From Macrostomum hystrix (taxonomy: Eukaryota; Animalia; Platyhelminthes), in contig CATNEN010000005.1 of NCBI GenBank assembly GCA_950097015.1, positions 62,001 to 126,000 of the forward strand: a stretch of 64,000 nucleotides of DNA, given 5' to 3'. Both the position numbers and the translations under genes were made by a program. A model generated the notes under the pieces. That model did no database searches. It was not told the DNA's origin and worked only from the letters and a program-made list of their open reading frames with translations. Shown piece after piece: positions 23,515 through 37,811 of the stretch (position 1 is its first letter; each line of letters starts with the position of its first letter).

Positions 23515-26500
23515 TTATCTTCATCCCAGTCTACCTCTCTACATCCCAGTCTACCTCTCAACATCCCAGTCTACCTCTCTACATCCCAGTCTACCTCTCT
23601 TCATCTTAGTCTACCTCTCTTGATCCCAGTCTACCTCTCTACATCCCAGTCTACCTCTCTACATCCCAGTCTACCTCTCTACATCCCAGTCTACCTCTCT
23701 TGATCCCAGTCTACCTCTCAACATCCCAGTCTACCTCTCTTGATCCCAGTCTACCTCTCAACATCCCAGTCTACCTCTCTTGATCCCAGTCTACCTCTCT
23801 ACATCCCAGTCTACCTCTCTACATCCCAGTCTACCTCTCTACATCCCAGTCTACCTCTCTACATCCCAGTCTACCTCTCTACATCCCAGTCTACCTCTCT
23901 TGATCCCAGTCTACCTCTCTACATCCCAGTCTACCTCTCTTGATCCCAGTCTACCTCTCTACATCCCAGTCTACCTCTCTACATCCCAGTCTACCTCTCG
24001 TCATCCCAGTCTACCTCTCTACATCCCAGTCTACCTCTCTACATCCCAGTCTACCTCTCTTGATCCCAGTCTACCTCTCTACATCCCAGTCTACCTCTCT
24101 TGATCCCAGTCTACCTCTCTACATCCCAGTCTACCTCTCTACATCCCAGTCTACCTCTCTACATCCCAGTCTACCTCTCTACATCCCAGTCTACCTCTCT
24201 ACATCCCAGTCTACCTCTCTTGATCCCAGTCTACCTCTCTTGATCCCAGTCTACCTCTCTTCATCCCAGTCTACCTCTCTTCATCCCAGTCTACCTCTCT
24301 TCATCCCAGTCTACCTCTCTACATCCCAGTCTACCTCTCTACATCCCAGTCTACCTCTCTACATCCCAGTCTACCTCTCAACATCCCAGTCTACCTCTCT
24401 ACATCCCAGTCTACCTCTCTTCATCTTAGTCTACCTCTCTTGATCCCAGTCTACCTCTCTACATCCCAGTCTACCTCTCTACATCCCAGTCTACCTCTCT
24501 ACATCCCAGTCTACCTCTCTTCATCCCAGTCTACCTCTCTACATCCCAGTCTACCTCTCTTGATCCCAGTCTACCTCTCTTCATCTTAGTCTACCTCTCT
24601 ACATCCCAGTCTACCTCTCTACATCCCAGTCTACCTCTCTTCATCCCAGTCTACCTCTCTACATCCCAGTCTACCTCTCTTGATCCCAGTCTACCTCTCT
24701 TCATCCCAGTCTACCTCTCTACATCCCAGTCTACCTCTCTACATCCCAGTCTACCTCTCTACATCCCAGTCTACCTCTCTTGATCCCAGTCTACCTCTCT
24801 TCATCTTAGTCTACCTCTCTTGATCCCAGTCTACCTCTCTACATCCCAGTCTACCTCTCTTCATTCCAGTCTACCTCTCTACATCCCAGTCTACCTCTCT
24901 TCATCCCAGTCTACCTCTCTTCATCCCAGTCTACCTCTCTACATCCCAGTCTACCTCTCTTCATCCCAGTCTACCTCTCTACATCCCAGTCTACCTCTCT
25001 ACATCCCAGTCTACCTCTCTACATCCCAGTCTACCTCTCTACATCCCAGTCTACCTCTCTACATCCCAGTCTACCTCTCTTCATCCCAGTCTACCTCTCT
25101 ACATCCCAGTCTACCTCTCTTCATCCCAGTCTACCTCTCTACATCCCAGTCTACCTCTCTTGATCCCAGTCTACCTCTCTTGATCCCAGTCTACCTCTCT
25201 TCATCCCAGTCTACCTCTCTACATCCTATTCTACATCTCTTCATCCCAGTCTGCCTCTCTACATCCTATTCTACATCTCTTGATCCCAGTCTACCTCTCT
25301 ACATTCCAGTCTACCTCTCTTCATCCCAGTCTACCTCTCTACATCCCAGTCTACCTCTCTACATCCCAGTCTACATCTCTTCATCCCAGTCTGCCTCTCT
25401 ACATCCCAGTCTACCTCTCTTGATCCCAGTCTGCCTCTCAACATCCCAGTTTACTTCTCTTCATCCCAGTCTACCTCTCTACATTCCAGTCTACCTCTCT
25501 ACATCCCAGTATACCTCTCTTCATCCCAGTCTAACTCTCTACATTCTAGTCTACCTCTCTTGATCCCAGTCTACCTCTCTACATCCCAGTCTACCTCTCT
25601 TCATCCCAGTCTACCTCTCTACATCCCAGTCTACCTCTCTTCATTCCAGTCTACCTCTCTACATCCCAGTCTACCTCTCTTCATCCCAGTCTACCTCTCT
25701 TCATCCCAGTCTACCTCTCTACATCCCAGTCTACCTCTCTTCATCCCAGTCTACCTCTCTACATCCCAGTCTACCTCTCTACATCCCAGTCTACCTCTCT
25801 TCATCCCAGTCTACCTCTCTACATCCCAGTCTACCTCTCTACATCCCAGTCTACCTCTCTTCATCCCAGTCTACCTCTCTACATCCCAGTCTACCTCTCT
25901 TCATCCCAGTCTACCTCTCTACATCCCAGTCTACCTCTCTACATCCCAGTCTACCTCTCTACATCCCAGTCTACCTCTCTACATCCCAGTCTACCTCTTT
26001 TGATCCCAGTCTACCTCTCTTGATCCCAGTCTACCTCTCTTCATCCCAGTCTACCTCTCTTGATCCCAGTCTACCTCTCTTGATCCCAGTCTACCTCTCT
26101 TCATCCCAGTCTACCTCTCTACATCCTATTCTACATCTCTTCATCCCAGTCTGCCTCTCTACATCCTAGTCTACCTCTCTTGATCCCAGTCTACCTCTCT
26201 ACATTCCAGTCTACCTCTCTACATCCCAGTCTACCTCTCTTGATCCCAGTCTACCTCTCTTGATCCCAGTCTACCTCTCTTCATCCCAGTCTACCTCTCT
26301 TCATCCCAGTCTACCTCTCTTCATCCCAGTCTGCCTCTCTACTACATCCCAGTCTACCTCTCTACATCCCAGTCTACCTCTCTACATCCCAGTCTACCTC
26401 TCTACATCCCAGTCTACCTCTCTTCATCCCAGTCTACCTCTCTACATCCCAGTCTACCTCTCTTCATCCCAGTCTACCTCTCTACATCCCAGTCTACCTC

Positions 26501-29360
26501 TCTACATCCCAGTCTACCTCTCTACATCCCAGTCTACCTCTCTACATCCCAGTCTACCTCTTTTGATCCCAGTCTACCTCTCTTGATCCCAGTCTACCTC
26601 TCTTGATCCCAGTCTACCTCTCTTCATCCCAGTCTACCTCTCTACATCCTATTCTACATCTCTTCATCCCAGTCTGCCTCTCTACATCCTATTCTACATC
26701 TCTTGATCCCAGTCTACCTCTCTACATTCCAGTCTACCTCTCTTCATCCCAGTCTACCTCTCTACATCCCAGTCTACCTCTCTACATCCCAGTCTACATC
26801 TCTTCATCCCAGTCTGCCTCTCTACATCCCAGTCTACCTCTCTTGATCCCAGTCTGCCTCTCAACATCCCAGTTTACTTCTCTTCATCCCAGTCTACCTC
26901 TCTACATTCCAGTCTACCTCTCTACATCCCAGTATACCTCTCTTCATCCCAGTCTAACTCTCTACATTCTAGTCTACCTCTCTTGATCCCAGTCTACCTC
27001 TCTACATCCCAGTCTACCTCTCTTCATCCCAGTCTACCTCTCTACATCCCAGTCTACCTCTCTTCATTCCAGTCTACCTCTCTACATCCCAGTCTACCTC
27101 TCTTCATCCCAGTCTACCTCTCTTCATCCCAGTCTACCTCTCTACATCCCAGTCTACCTCTCTTCATCCCAGTCTACCTCTCTACATCCCAGTCTACCTC
27201 TCTACATCCCAGTCTACCTCTCTTGATCCCAGTCTACCTCTCTACATCCCAGTCTACCTCTCTACATCCCAGTCTACCTCTCTTCATCCCAGTCTACCTC
27301 TCTACATCCCAGTCTACCTCTCTTCATCCCAGTCTACCTCTCTACATCCCAGTCTACCTCTCTACATCCCAGTCTACCTCTCTACATCCCAGTCTACCTC
27401 TCTACATCCCAGTCTACCTCTTTTGATCCCAGTCTACCTCTCTTGATCCCAGTCTACCTCTCTTCATCCCAGTCTACCTCTCTTGATCCCAGTCTACCTC
27501 TCTTGATCCCAGTCTACCTCTCTTGATCCCAGTCTACCTCTCTTCATCCCAGTCTACCTCTCTACATCCTATTCTACATCTCTTCATCCCAGTCTGCCTC
27601 TCTACATCCTAGTCTACCTCTCTTGATCCCAGTCTACCTCTCTACATTCCAGTCTACCTCTCTTCATCCCAGTCTACCTCTCTTCATCCCAGTCTACCTC
27701 TCTTCATCCCAGTCTGCCTCTCTACTACATCCCAGTCTACCTCTCAACATCCCAGTCTACCTCTCTACATTCCAGTCTACCTCTCTACATCCCAGTATAC
27801 CTCTCTACATCCCAGTCTACCTCTCTTCATCCCAGTCTACCTCTCTACATCCCAGTCTACCTCTCTTCATTCCAGTCTACCTCTCTACATCCCAGTCTAC
27901 CTCTCTACATCCCAGTCTACCTCTCTTCATCCCAGTCTACCTCTCTACATCCCAGTCTACCTCTCTTCATCCCAGTCTACCTCTCTACATCCCAGTCTAC
28001 CTCTCTACATCCCAGTCTACCTCTCTACATCCCAGTCTACCTCTCTACATCCCAGTCTACCTCTTTTGATCCCAGTCTACCTCTCTTGATCCCAGTCTAC
28101 CTCTTTTCATCCCAGTCTACCTCTCTTGATCCCAGTCTACCTCTCTTGATCCCAGTCTACCTCTCTTCATCCCAGTCTACCTCTCTACATCCTATTCTAC
28201 ATCTCTTCATCCCAGTCTGCCTCTCTTCATCCTAGTCTACCTCTCTTGATCCCAGTCTACCTCTCTACATTCCAGTCTACCTCTCTACATCCCAGTATAC
28301 CTCTCTTCATCCCAGTCTACCTCTCTACATCCCAGTCTACCTCTCAACATCCCAGTCTACCTCTTTTGATCCCAGTCTACCTCTCTTGATCCCAGTCTAC
28401 CTCTCTTCATCCCAGTCTACCTCTCTTGATCCCAGTCTACCTCTCTTCATCCCAGTCTACCTCTCTTCATCCCAGTCTGCCTCTCTACTACATCCCAGTC
28501 TACCTCTCTACATCCCAGTCTACCTCTCTTCATCCCAGTCTACCTCTCAACATCCCAGTCTACCTCTTTTGATCCCAGTCTACCTCTCTTGATCCCAGTC
28601 TACCTCTCTTCATCCCAGTCTACCTCTCTTGATCCCAGTCTACCTCTCTTGATCCCAGTCTACCTCTCTTCATCCCAGTCTACCTCTCTACATCCTATTC
28701 TACATCTCTTCATCCCAGTCTGCCTCTCTACATCCTAGTCTACCTCTCTTGATCCCAGTCTACCTCTCTACATTCCAGTCTACCTCTCTACATCCCAGTC
28801 TACCTCTCTTGATCCCAGTCTACCTCTCTTGATCTCAGTCTACCTCTCTTCATCCCAGTCTACCTCTCTTCATCCCAGTCTACCTCTCTTCATCCCAGTC
28901 TGCCTCTCTACTACATCCCAGTCTACCTCTCAACATCCCAGTCTACCTCTCTTCATCCCAGTCTACCTCTCTTCATCCCAGTCTACCTCTCTTCATCCCA
29001 GTCTGCCTCTCTTCATCCCAGTCTACCTCTCTTCATCCCAGTCTACCTCTCTTCATCCCAGTCTACCTCTCTACATCCCAGTCTACCTCTCTACATCCCA
29101 GTCTACCTCTCTTCATCCCAGTCTACCTCTCTTCATCCCAGTCTACCTCTCTTGATCCCAGTCTACCTCTCTTGATCCCAGTCTACCTCTCTTCATCCCA
29201 GTCTACCTCTCTTCATCCCAGTCTACCTCTCTTCATCCCAGTCTGCCTCTCTACTACATCCCAGTCTACCTCTCAACATCCCAGTCTACCTCTCTTCATC
29301 CCAGTCTACCTCTCTTGATCCCAGTCTACCTCTCTACATCCCAGTCTCCCAGTCTACCTC
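23515..29360. repeat. 20-bp minisatellite, ~290 copies
   Basis: Unit CCCAGTCTACCTCTCT(AC/TC/TG)AT; a ~1423-bp higher-order duplication is evident from near-identical ORFs 25560.. and 26983.. Confidence 0.98.
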
Positions 29361-30044
29361 TCCGTCTCCCTCGTCCTGTCTCGATTGAAACATACTTATT
29401 GAAATACATATCCACCTTCAATAAAACGAAGGACTATTTTTCGACACTTTTTATCGATAAGAAAACTAACAAACGTTTAATTTAAAACAAAGAAAATGTT
29501 TCAAAGTAATATCAACGCGTTTACAACTCTCAAGTTTAAACAAACAAGCCCCCAAAACTGTCTGTCTGGACTGAAAGCATTTCACGGATAAATTAATTTT
29601 CTTATCTCGAACAGATAAGTCCACTCCTCACCTCGCTTCAGAAATCGGCTCTATTGTTAGTTTTTATCTTAGATCCAATTCTAAAACACAATTTAGTTTT
29701 TGTTTGACTTTGTGCGTATACGAGCTATAAATAGATGTATGTGCACGATAATTTATTACCTGTTATGCCTGTGCCGCGTTTGAATTACACACTTCCCAAC
29801 ATTTTTGAAGGCTTCACTTAAGTTGATCAATTATGCTCTTAACACTCGAGTAGTCACTTGCTGTGTGCCAATTTTAGACTTTTTTATGCTTCATTCACTT
29901 AATGATAGATTGTATCTTAATTTAAACACTCGATTTGGCTTTAGTCTGTTTAGTCATTGTGCTTCAAGAGTCACTTCAACTCGATATAACTTGTTTACTT
30001 TATTGTATGGTTGTCTTACACCATATGGTTGACTTATTTTATGG

Positions 30045-32120
30045 TTGTCTCCTTCACCTTTACTCCCCTCTCCTTCCCCTTCACTCCACTCTCCTTCCCC
30101 TTCTCACCCCTCTCCTTCACCTTCACTCCACTCTCCTTCCCCTTCACTCCACTCTCCATCCCCTTCTCACCCCTCTCCTTCACCTTCACTCCACTCTCCT
30201 TCCCCTTCACTCCACTCTCCTTCCCCTTCTCACCCCTCTCCTTCACCTTCACTCCACTCTCGTTCCCCTTCTCTCCCCTCTCCTTCACCTTCTCACCCCT
30301 CTCCTTCACCTTCACTCCCATCTCCTTCCCCTTCTCTCCCCTCTCCTTCCCCTTCTCACCCCTCTCCTTCCCCTTCTCACCCCTCTCCTTCCCCTTCTCA
30401 CCCCTCTCCTTCCCCTTCTCACCCCTCTCATTCCCCTTCTCTCCCCTCTCCTTCCCCTTCTCACCCCTCTCCTTCCCCTTCTCACCCCTCTCCTTCACCT
30501 TCTCACCCCTCTCCTTCACCTTCTATCTCCTCTCCTTCACCTTCTCATACCTCTCCTTCCTCTTCTCACCCCTCTCCTTCCCCTTCTCTCCCCTCTCCTT
30601 CCCCTTCTCACCCCTCTCCTTCACCTTCTCACCCCTCTCCTTCCCCTTCTCACCCCTCTCATTCCCCTTCTCTCCCCTCTCCTTCCCCTTCTCACCCCTC
30701 TCCTTCACCTTCTCACCCCTCTCCTTCACCTTCTATCTCCTCTCCTTCCTCTTCTCACCCCTCTCCTTCCCCTTCTCTCCCATCTCCTTCACTTTCTCAC
30801 CCCTCTCCTTCCCCTTCTCACCCCTCTCCTTCCCCTTCTCTCCCATCTCCTTCACTTTCTCACCCCTCTCCTTCCCCTTCTCTCCCATCTCCTTCACTTT
30901 CTCACCCCTCTCCTTCCCCTTCTCTCCCATCTCCTTCACTTTCTCACCCCTCTCCTTCCCCTTCTCTCCCATCTCCTTCACTTTCTCACCCCTCTCCTTC
31001 CCCTTCTCTCCCATCTCCTTGACCTTCTCTCCCCACTCCTTCCCCTTCTCACCCCTCTCCTTCCCCTTCTCTCCCATCTCCTTCACTTTCTCACCCCTCT
31101 CCTTCCCCTTCTCTCCCATCTCCTTCACTTTCTCACCCCTCTCCTTCCCCTTCTCTCCCATCTCCTTCACTTTCTCACCCCTCTCCTTCCCCTTCTCTCC
31201 CATCTCCTTCACTTTCTCACCCCTCTCCTTCCCCTTCTCTCCCATCTCCTTGACCTTCTCTCCCCACTCCTTCACCTTCTCACCCCTCTCCTTCACCTTC
31301 TATCTCCTCTCCTTCACCTTCTCATACCTCTCCTTCCTCTTCTCACCCCTCTCCTTCCCCTTCTCTCCCCTCTCCTTCCCCTTCTCACCCCTCTCCTTCA
31401 CCTTCTCACCCCTCTCCTTCCCCTTCTCACCCCTCTCATTCCCCTTCTCTCCCCTCTCCTTCCCCTTCTCACCCCTCTCCTTCACCTTCTCACCCCTCTC
31501 CTTCACCTTCTATCTCCTCTCCTTCCTCTTCTCACCCCTCTCCTTCCCCTTCTCTCCCATCTCCTTCACTTTCTCACCCCTCTCCTTCCCCTTCTCTCCC
31601 ATCTCCTTCACTTTCTCACCCCTCTCCTTCCCCTTCTCACCCCTCTCCTTCCCCTTCTCTCCCATCTCCTTCACTTTCTCACCCCTCTCCTTCCCCTTCT
31701 CTCCCATCTCCTTCACTTTCTCACCCCTCTCCTTCCCCTTCTCTCCCATCTCCTTCACTTTCTCACCCCTCTCCTTCCCCTTCTCACCCCTCTCCTTCCC
31801 CTTCTCTCCCATCTCCTTCACTTTCTCACCCCTCTCCTTCCCCTTCTCTCCCATCTCCTTCACTTTCTCACCCCTCTCCTTCCCCTTCTCTCCCATCTCC
31901 TTCACTTTCTCACCCCTCTCCTTCCCCTTCTCTCCCATCTCCTTCACTTTCTCACCCCTCTCCTTCCCCTTCTCTCCCATCTCCTTGACCTTCTCTCCCC
32001 ACTCCTTCACCTTCTCACACCTCTCATTCACCTTTTATCTCCTCTCCTTCACCTTCTCATACCTCTCCTTCCTCTTCTCTCCCCTCTCCCTTCCCTTCTC
32101 TCCCCTCTCCTTCCTCTTCT
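30045..32120. repeat. 21-bp polypyrimidine minisatellite
   Basis: Unit CCCCTCTCCTTCCCCTTCTCA; 777-bp higher-order duplication (identical ORFs 30523.. and 31300..). Confidence 0.97.
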
Positions 32121-32784
32121 TTCCACTGTCCTTGGTTCGTTCCTTTAAGTTTTTCTCTAAAAGCAATTTTTTTAATTCATATACTGCTTCTCCTGCTAGG
32201 CGGAGCTTCTGTTCGTCATCAGCATGCAAAAAACAGAAGTCGCAAGCGAGAGGCTAACGAGAATCATTGGAATCTAGGATTCTTTTAAAGAATCAAAGTA
32301 AATAAATTAGTTACTTATACGAGCTACTAGCTATATTTACGCTCGCAGTCGCGGAGTATCTATTTTAAGTTTCAGCAAAAAAACTCTTTGCACAGATTTA
32401 GGACACTAAAAAAGTCTCTTTCTAAAGAAAAATTCTTCGATCAGTGTCTTTTCTCGTAATAAAAAAAATTGTTTGTAATTGACTCGTTTAAGGAAACGAT
32501 AATTAGCAGTCTAATACAGCACCTAACTGCTTTAATTGCTTCTACAGCTCATTATCAATGTGATTTTCCGAATGTACTAGGATGACTTAGCTACTAGATC
32601 AATGCACTAGTACCTGTAATACTTTCAAACTGGCTCCAAACTGGCTCCAATTGAAAAACAGCTGTTCACAGAATTACAGTTTTTAAGAAAATTTTGCCTC
32701 TTTTTTCTGGGCTACTGTGGCTATAAACATTCTTAAGTCAAAGATAATAATAAATCTATAGACCCTCCTTAAACAAAAGGCCCA

Positions 32785-35065
32785 TACAGACACTCTTAAT
32801 CTACAGACATTCCTAAATCTAAAGCCACTCCTAAATCTAAAGCCACTCCTAAATCTAAAGCCACTCCTAAATCTAAAGCCACTCCTAAATCTAAAGCCAC
32901 TCCTAAATCTAAAGCCACTCCTAAATCTAAAGCCACTCCTAAATCTACAGACACTCCTAAATCTACAGACACTCCTAAATCTACAGACACTCCTAAATCT
33001 ACAGCCACTCCTAAATCTAAAGCCACTCCTAAATCTAAAGCCACTCCTAAATCTAAAGCCACTCCTAAATCTAAAGCCACTCCTAAATCTACAGACACTC
33101 CTAAATCTAAAGCAACTCCTAAATCTAAAGCCACTCCTAAATCTACAGACACTCCTAAATCTACAGACACTCCTAAATCTACAGACACTCCTAAATCTAC
33201 AGCCACTCCTAAATCTACAGACACTCCTAAATCTACCGACACTCCTAAATCTACAGACACTCCTAAATCTACAGCCACTCCTAAATCTACAGCCACTCCT
33301 AAATCTACAGCCACTCCTAAATCTAAAGCCACTCCTAAATCTAAAGCCACTCCGAAATCTAAAGCCACTCCTAAATCTACAGACACTCCTAAATCTACAG
33401 ACACTCCTAAATCTAAAGCCACTCCTAAATCTACAGACACTCCTAAATCTACAGACACTCCTAAATCTAAAGCCACTCCTAAATCTACAAACACTCCTAA
33501 ATCTACAGACACTCCTAAATCTAAAGCCACTCCTAAATCTACAGACACTCCTAAATCTACAGACACTCCTAAATCTACAGACACTCCTAAATCTAAAGCC
33601 ACTCCTAAATCTACAGACACTCCTAAATCTACAGCCACTCCTAAATCTACAGACACTCCTAAATCTACAGACACTCCTGAATCTACAGCCACTCCTGAAT
33701 CTACAGACACTCCTGAATCTACAGACACTCCTAAATCTACAGACACTCCTGAATCTACAGACATTCCTGAATCTACAGACACTCCTGAATCTACTGTCAA
33801 TACTAAATAGAGACGCTTGTCAGTATACAAACACCCCAAACTCCACAGACACTCCTTAATCTACAGCCACTCCTGAATCTACAGACACTCCTAAATCTAC
33901 AGACACTCCTGAATCTACAGACATTCCTGAATCTACAGACATTCCTGAATCTACAGACACTCCTGAATCTACTGTCAATACTAAATAGAGACGCTTGTCA
34001 GTATACAAACACCCCAAACTCCACAGACACTCCTTAATCTACAGCCACTCCTGAATCTACAGACACTCCTAAATCTACAGACACTCCTGAATCTACAGAC
34101 ATTCCTGAATCTACAGACATTCCTGAATCTACAGACACTCCTGAATCTACAGACACTCCTGAATCTACAGACACTCCTGAATCTACAGACACTCCTGAAT
34201 CTACAGACACTCCTGAATCTACAGACACTCCTGAATCTACAGACATTCCTGAATCTACAGACACTCCTGAATCTACAGACACTCCTGAATCTACTGTCAA
34301 TACTAAATAGAGACGCTTGTCAGTATACAAACACCCCAAACTCCACAGACATTCCTTAATCTACAGCCACTCCTGAATCTACAGACACTCCTTAATCTAC
34401 AGCCACTCCTGAATCTACAGACACTCCTAAATCTACAGACACTCCTGAATCTACAGACATTCCTGAATCTACAGACATTCCTGAATCTACAGACACTCCT
34501 GAATCTACTGTCAATACTAAATAGAGACGCTTGTCAGTATACAAACACCCCAAACTCCACAGACACTCCTTAATCTACAGCCACTCCTGAATCTACAGAC
34601 ACTCCTAAATCTACAGACACTCCTGAATCTACAGACATTCCTGAATCTACAGACATTCCTGAATCTACAGACACTCCTGAATCTACAGACACTCCTGAAT
34701 CTACAGACACTCCTGAATCTACAGACACTCCTGAATCTACAGACACTCCTGAATCTACAGACACTCCTGAATCTACAGACACTCCTAAATCTACAGACAC
34801 TCCTGAATCTACAGACATTCCTGAATCTACAGACATTCCTGAATCTACAGACACTCCTGAATCTACAGACACTCCTGAATCTACAGACACTCCTGAATCT
34901 ACAGACACTCCTGAATCTACAGACATTCCTGAATCTACAGACACTCCTGAATCTACAGACACTCCTGAATCTATAGACACTCCTGAATCTACTGTCAATA
35001 CTAAATAGAGACGCTTGTCAGTATACAAACACCCCAAACTCCACAGACACTCCTTAATCTAGAGA
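32785..35065 (+). repeat. 18-bp minisatellite interrupted by five identical ~65-bp inserts
   Basis: Units CTAAATCTAAAGCCACTC grading to CTGAATCTACAGACACTC; insert TGTCAATACTAAATAGAGACGCTTGTCAGTATACAAACACCCCAAACTCCAC at ~33796, 33974, 34294, 34510, 34993. Confidence 0.95.
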
Positions 35066-35804
35066 CGATTCTTTATCTGCGATCCTTCACCTTCAGTAAT
35101 CTATAGAAAATTATACTCGAAGCAACCTATACTTGAATCTTATCAATAAATATTATACTTTCACACTAGTCTTCGAGTCAGACAAGAAAAAATGCGTCAC
35201 TAAAGAAGCAGGTTATAACTTACTCGTTTCCCTTGCGGTATAATCGTGCGTTCTTCTTCCCAATTTATTATCTGTCAAATTATCACAAAAATTTAAACAC
35301 TAGTATTTTTTCTTTTGACACTTAAGCGCGTTTGTGTTCTGTAAAATTTGGCTGTTCAATTTCCCAGTTTGTCTGGGAATTAAAAAAATATCGAACCCCG
35401 AGTCCGCAGGGTGAAAGAGGAGGCGAACAGGCCAACTTGTTTCCTCGATTAAAGGTGAAACGAACAAAGAGAGTAACATTGGACGCCATTCACATCTTAA
35501 ACCTTATCCAGTGCAATGTACTTGTTCCCTCCAGCCAACCAACACTGCAGAGAAGACACTCACCTCCACGTTTATTTGTCATTCTACCAACTCCTGCGCC
35601 TTTTTACTCCGTTTGGTCGTGACAAATGAATCGTTGAATATCTTGATGATGCCGATGTTCCGATGTTTTGTGATTCTGGAAGTTGTTTGAGCGGAAACTT
35701 TTTGCCCGTGTTCTGTAGTTTATAGGTGACGGGTTGAATATTTTAGGAAATTCAGGAAAAAATATGTGGCAGCATGAAATATCCCTGTGCTCTTTTTATC
35801 GTTG

Positions 35805-36436
35805 ATAGTCTCTGTAGATTTAGTAGTGTCTGTAGATTTAGTAGTGTCTGTAGATTAAGTAGTGTCTGTAGATTTAGTAGTGTCTGTAGATTAAGTAGTG
35901 TCTGTAGATTTAGTAGTGTCTGTAGATTAAGTAGTGTCTGTAGATTTAGTAGTGTCTGTAGATGTAGTAGTGTCTGTAGATTTAGTAGTGTCTGTAGATG
36001 TAGTAGTGTCTGTAGATTAAGTAGTGTCTGTAGATTTAGTAGTGTCTGTAGATGTAGTAGTGTCTGTAGATTAAGTAGTGTCTGTAGATTTAGTAGTGTC
36101 TGAAGATGTAGTAGTGTCTGTAAATGTAGTAGTGTCTGTAGATGTAGTAGTGTCTGTAGATGTAGTAGTGTCTGTAGATGTAGTAGTGTGTGTAGATTTA
36201 GTAGTGTCTGTAGATTAAGTAAGTGTCTGTAGATTTAGTAGTGTCTGTAGATTTAGTAGTGTCTGTAGATTTAGGAGTGTCTGTAGATTTAGGTGCGTCT
36301 GTAGATTTAGGAGTTATTGTAGATTCAGGAATGTCTGTAGATTCAGGAGTGTCTGTAGATTCAGGAGTGTCTGTAGATTCAGGAGTGTCTGTAGATTCAG
36401 GAGTGTCTGTAGATTCAGGAGTGTCTGTAGATTCAG
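35805..36436 (-). repeat. Inverted array of the same 18-bp family
   Basis: GTAGTGTCTGTAGATTTA grading to CAGGAGTGTCTGTAGATT, the exact reverse complement of AATCTACAGACACTCCTG. Confidence 0.93.
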
Positions 36437-36879
36437 GTGCGACTGTACCAGTGCAAACAAATAAATTCCAGCTTTCACAAATTCGCTTGTAAGCAAAGTG
36501 TTTCCCCTAGTAGACCTGACGCAGTGATAGTAAGGCAGCAGAATATCTATAATAAATTATGGCCATGCAATCAAATATTCCGTACCTACCAAGTTCAAAG
36601 CTACGCGATTTAAACCGCAAAGAATTTCAACATTGCACTGATTATTGCAGGCATTTATACTTACACCTAGACTAGTCGTTAACCTAGCTCCATGAAGAAC
36701 TTATCCATAAAGCATGGAGTTGTGGAACATTCTTTCCTTTAAAAATTGCAACGTGGTAGTTCCCCTATAGCTGGAGTATATACCATTTTTATGCCATTTT
36801 TGCCGTAAGGAAGTGGGATTTCAATTCCGAAAACTGTCTGGACCTTTACAAGTTAAGTAAAGGTGAGCATTCAGTAAAT

Positions 36880-37428
36880 TTAGTAAAGTGTCAGCAGTGG
36901 AAGTCAGTAAAGTGTCAGCAGTGGAAGTCAGTAAAGTGTCAGCAGTGGAGTCAGTAAAGTGTCAGCAGTGGAGTCAGTAAAGTGTCAGCAGTGGAGTCAG
37001 TAAAGTGTCAGCAGTGGAAGTCAGTAAAGTGTCAGCAGTGGAGTCAGTAAAGTGTCAGCAGTGGAGTCAGTAAAGTGTCAGCAGTGGAGTCAGTAAAGTG
37101 TCAGCAGTGGAGTCAGTAAAGTGTCAGCAGTGGAGTCAGTAAAGTGTCAGCAGTGGAGTCAGTAAAGTGTCAGCAGTGGAGTCAGTAAAGTGTCAGCAGT
37201 GGAGTCAGTAAAGTCTCAGCAGTGGAGTCAGTAAAGTGTCAGCAGTGGAGTCAGTAAAGTGTCAGCAGTGGAGTCAGTAAAGTGTCAGCAGTGGAAGTCA
37301 GTAAAGTGTCAGCAGTGGAGTCAGTAAAGTGTCAGCAGTGGAGTCAGTAAAGTGTCAGCAGTGGAGTCAGTAAAGTGTCAGCAGTGGAGTCAGTAAAGTG
37401 TCAGCAGTGGAAGTCAGTAAAGTGTCAC
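36880..37428. repeat. 23-bp minisatellite
   Basis: Unit GTCAGTAAAGTGTCAGCAGTGGA (some 24-bp variants). Confidence 0.95.
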
Positions 37429-37811
37429 GATAAGTGAACAGCGTAAGTTAAGAGCCCTAGCTTTACTATTTTTGTGAGCCGAATGCAATAAACATAGCTT
37501 CAATTAAATATTATTTCGAGGAATGTCACACAACTTAATGAGTTGTTGGGGCCATAAAAGGCAAATCAAATGTGAAAAATGAGTAAAGAAAGCTGAGGTA
37601 GGCAATGCTATGAAAATCATGGCAATAAAGTGCTTCGACAGAGAAAACAAAACACTAAACTACAAAGTGTAATAAAATTTAATATCGATGTTGATTTCCG
37701 GGATACTTTGTTCCCTTTTGTGAAGCCATATAGCTGCTATTTTTCTAAATGCCAACAAACAAGAAATATTAATGGTTGCAACCTGCAACACATCAAGAAA
37801 ATTTACTCCAC

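Noticed and set aside
23740-32257. Long Ser/Pro/Leu-rich ORFs
   Set aside because: Translations of the 20-bp and 21-bp pyrimidine minisatellites; no splice context or unique domain.
32785-35065. Repeat-plus-insert pattern resembling a CRISPR array
   Set aside because: The inserts are identical rather than unique spacers, the context is eukaryotic, and there are no cas genes.
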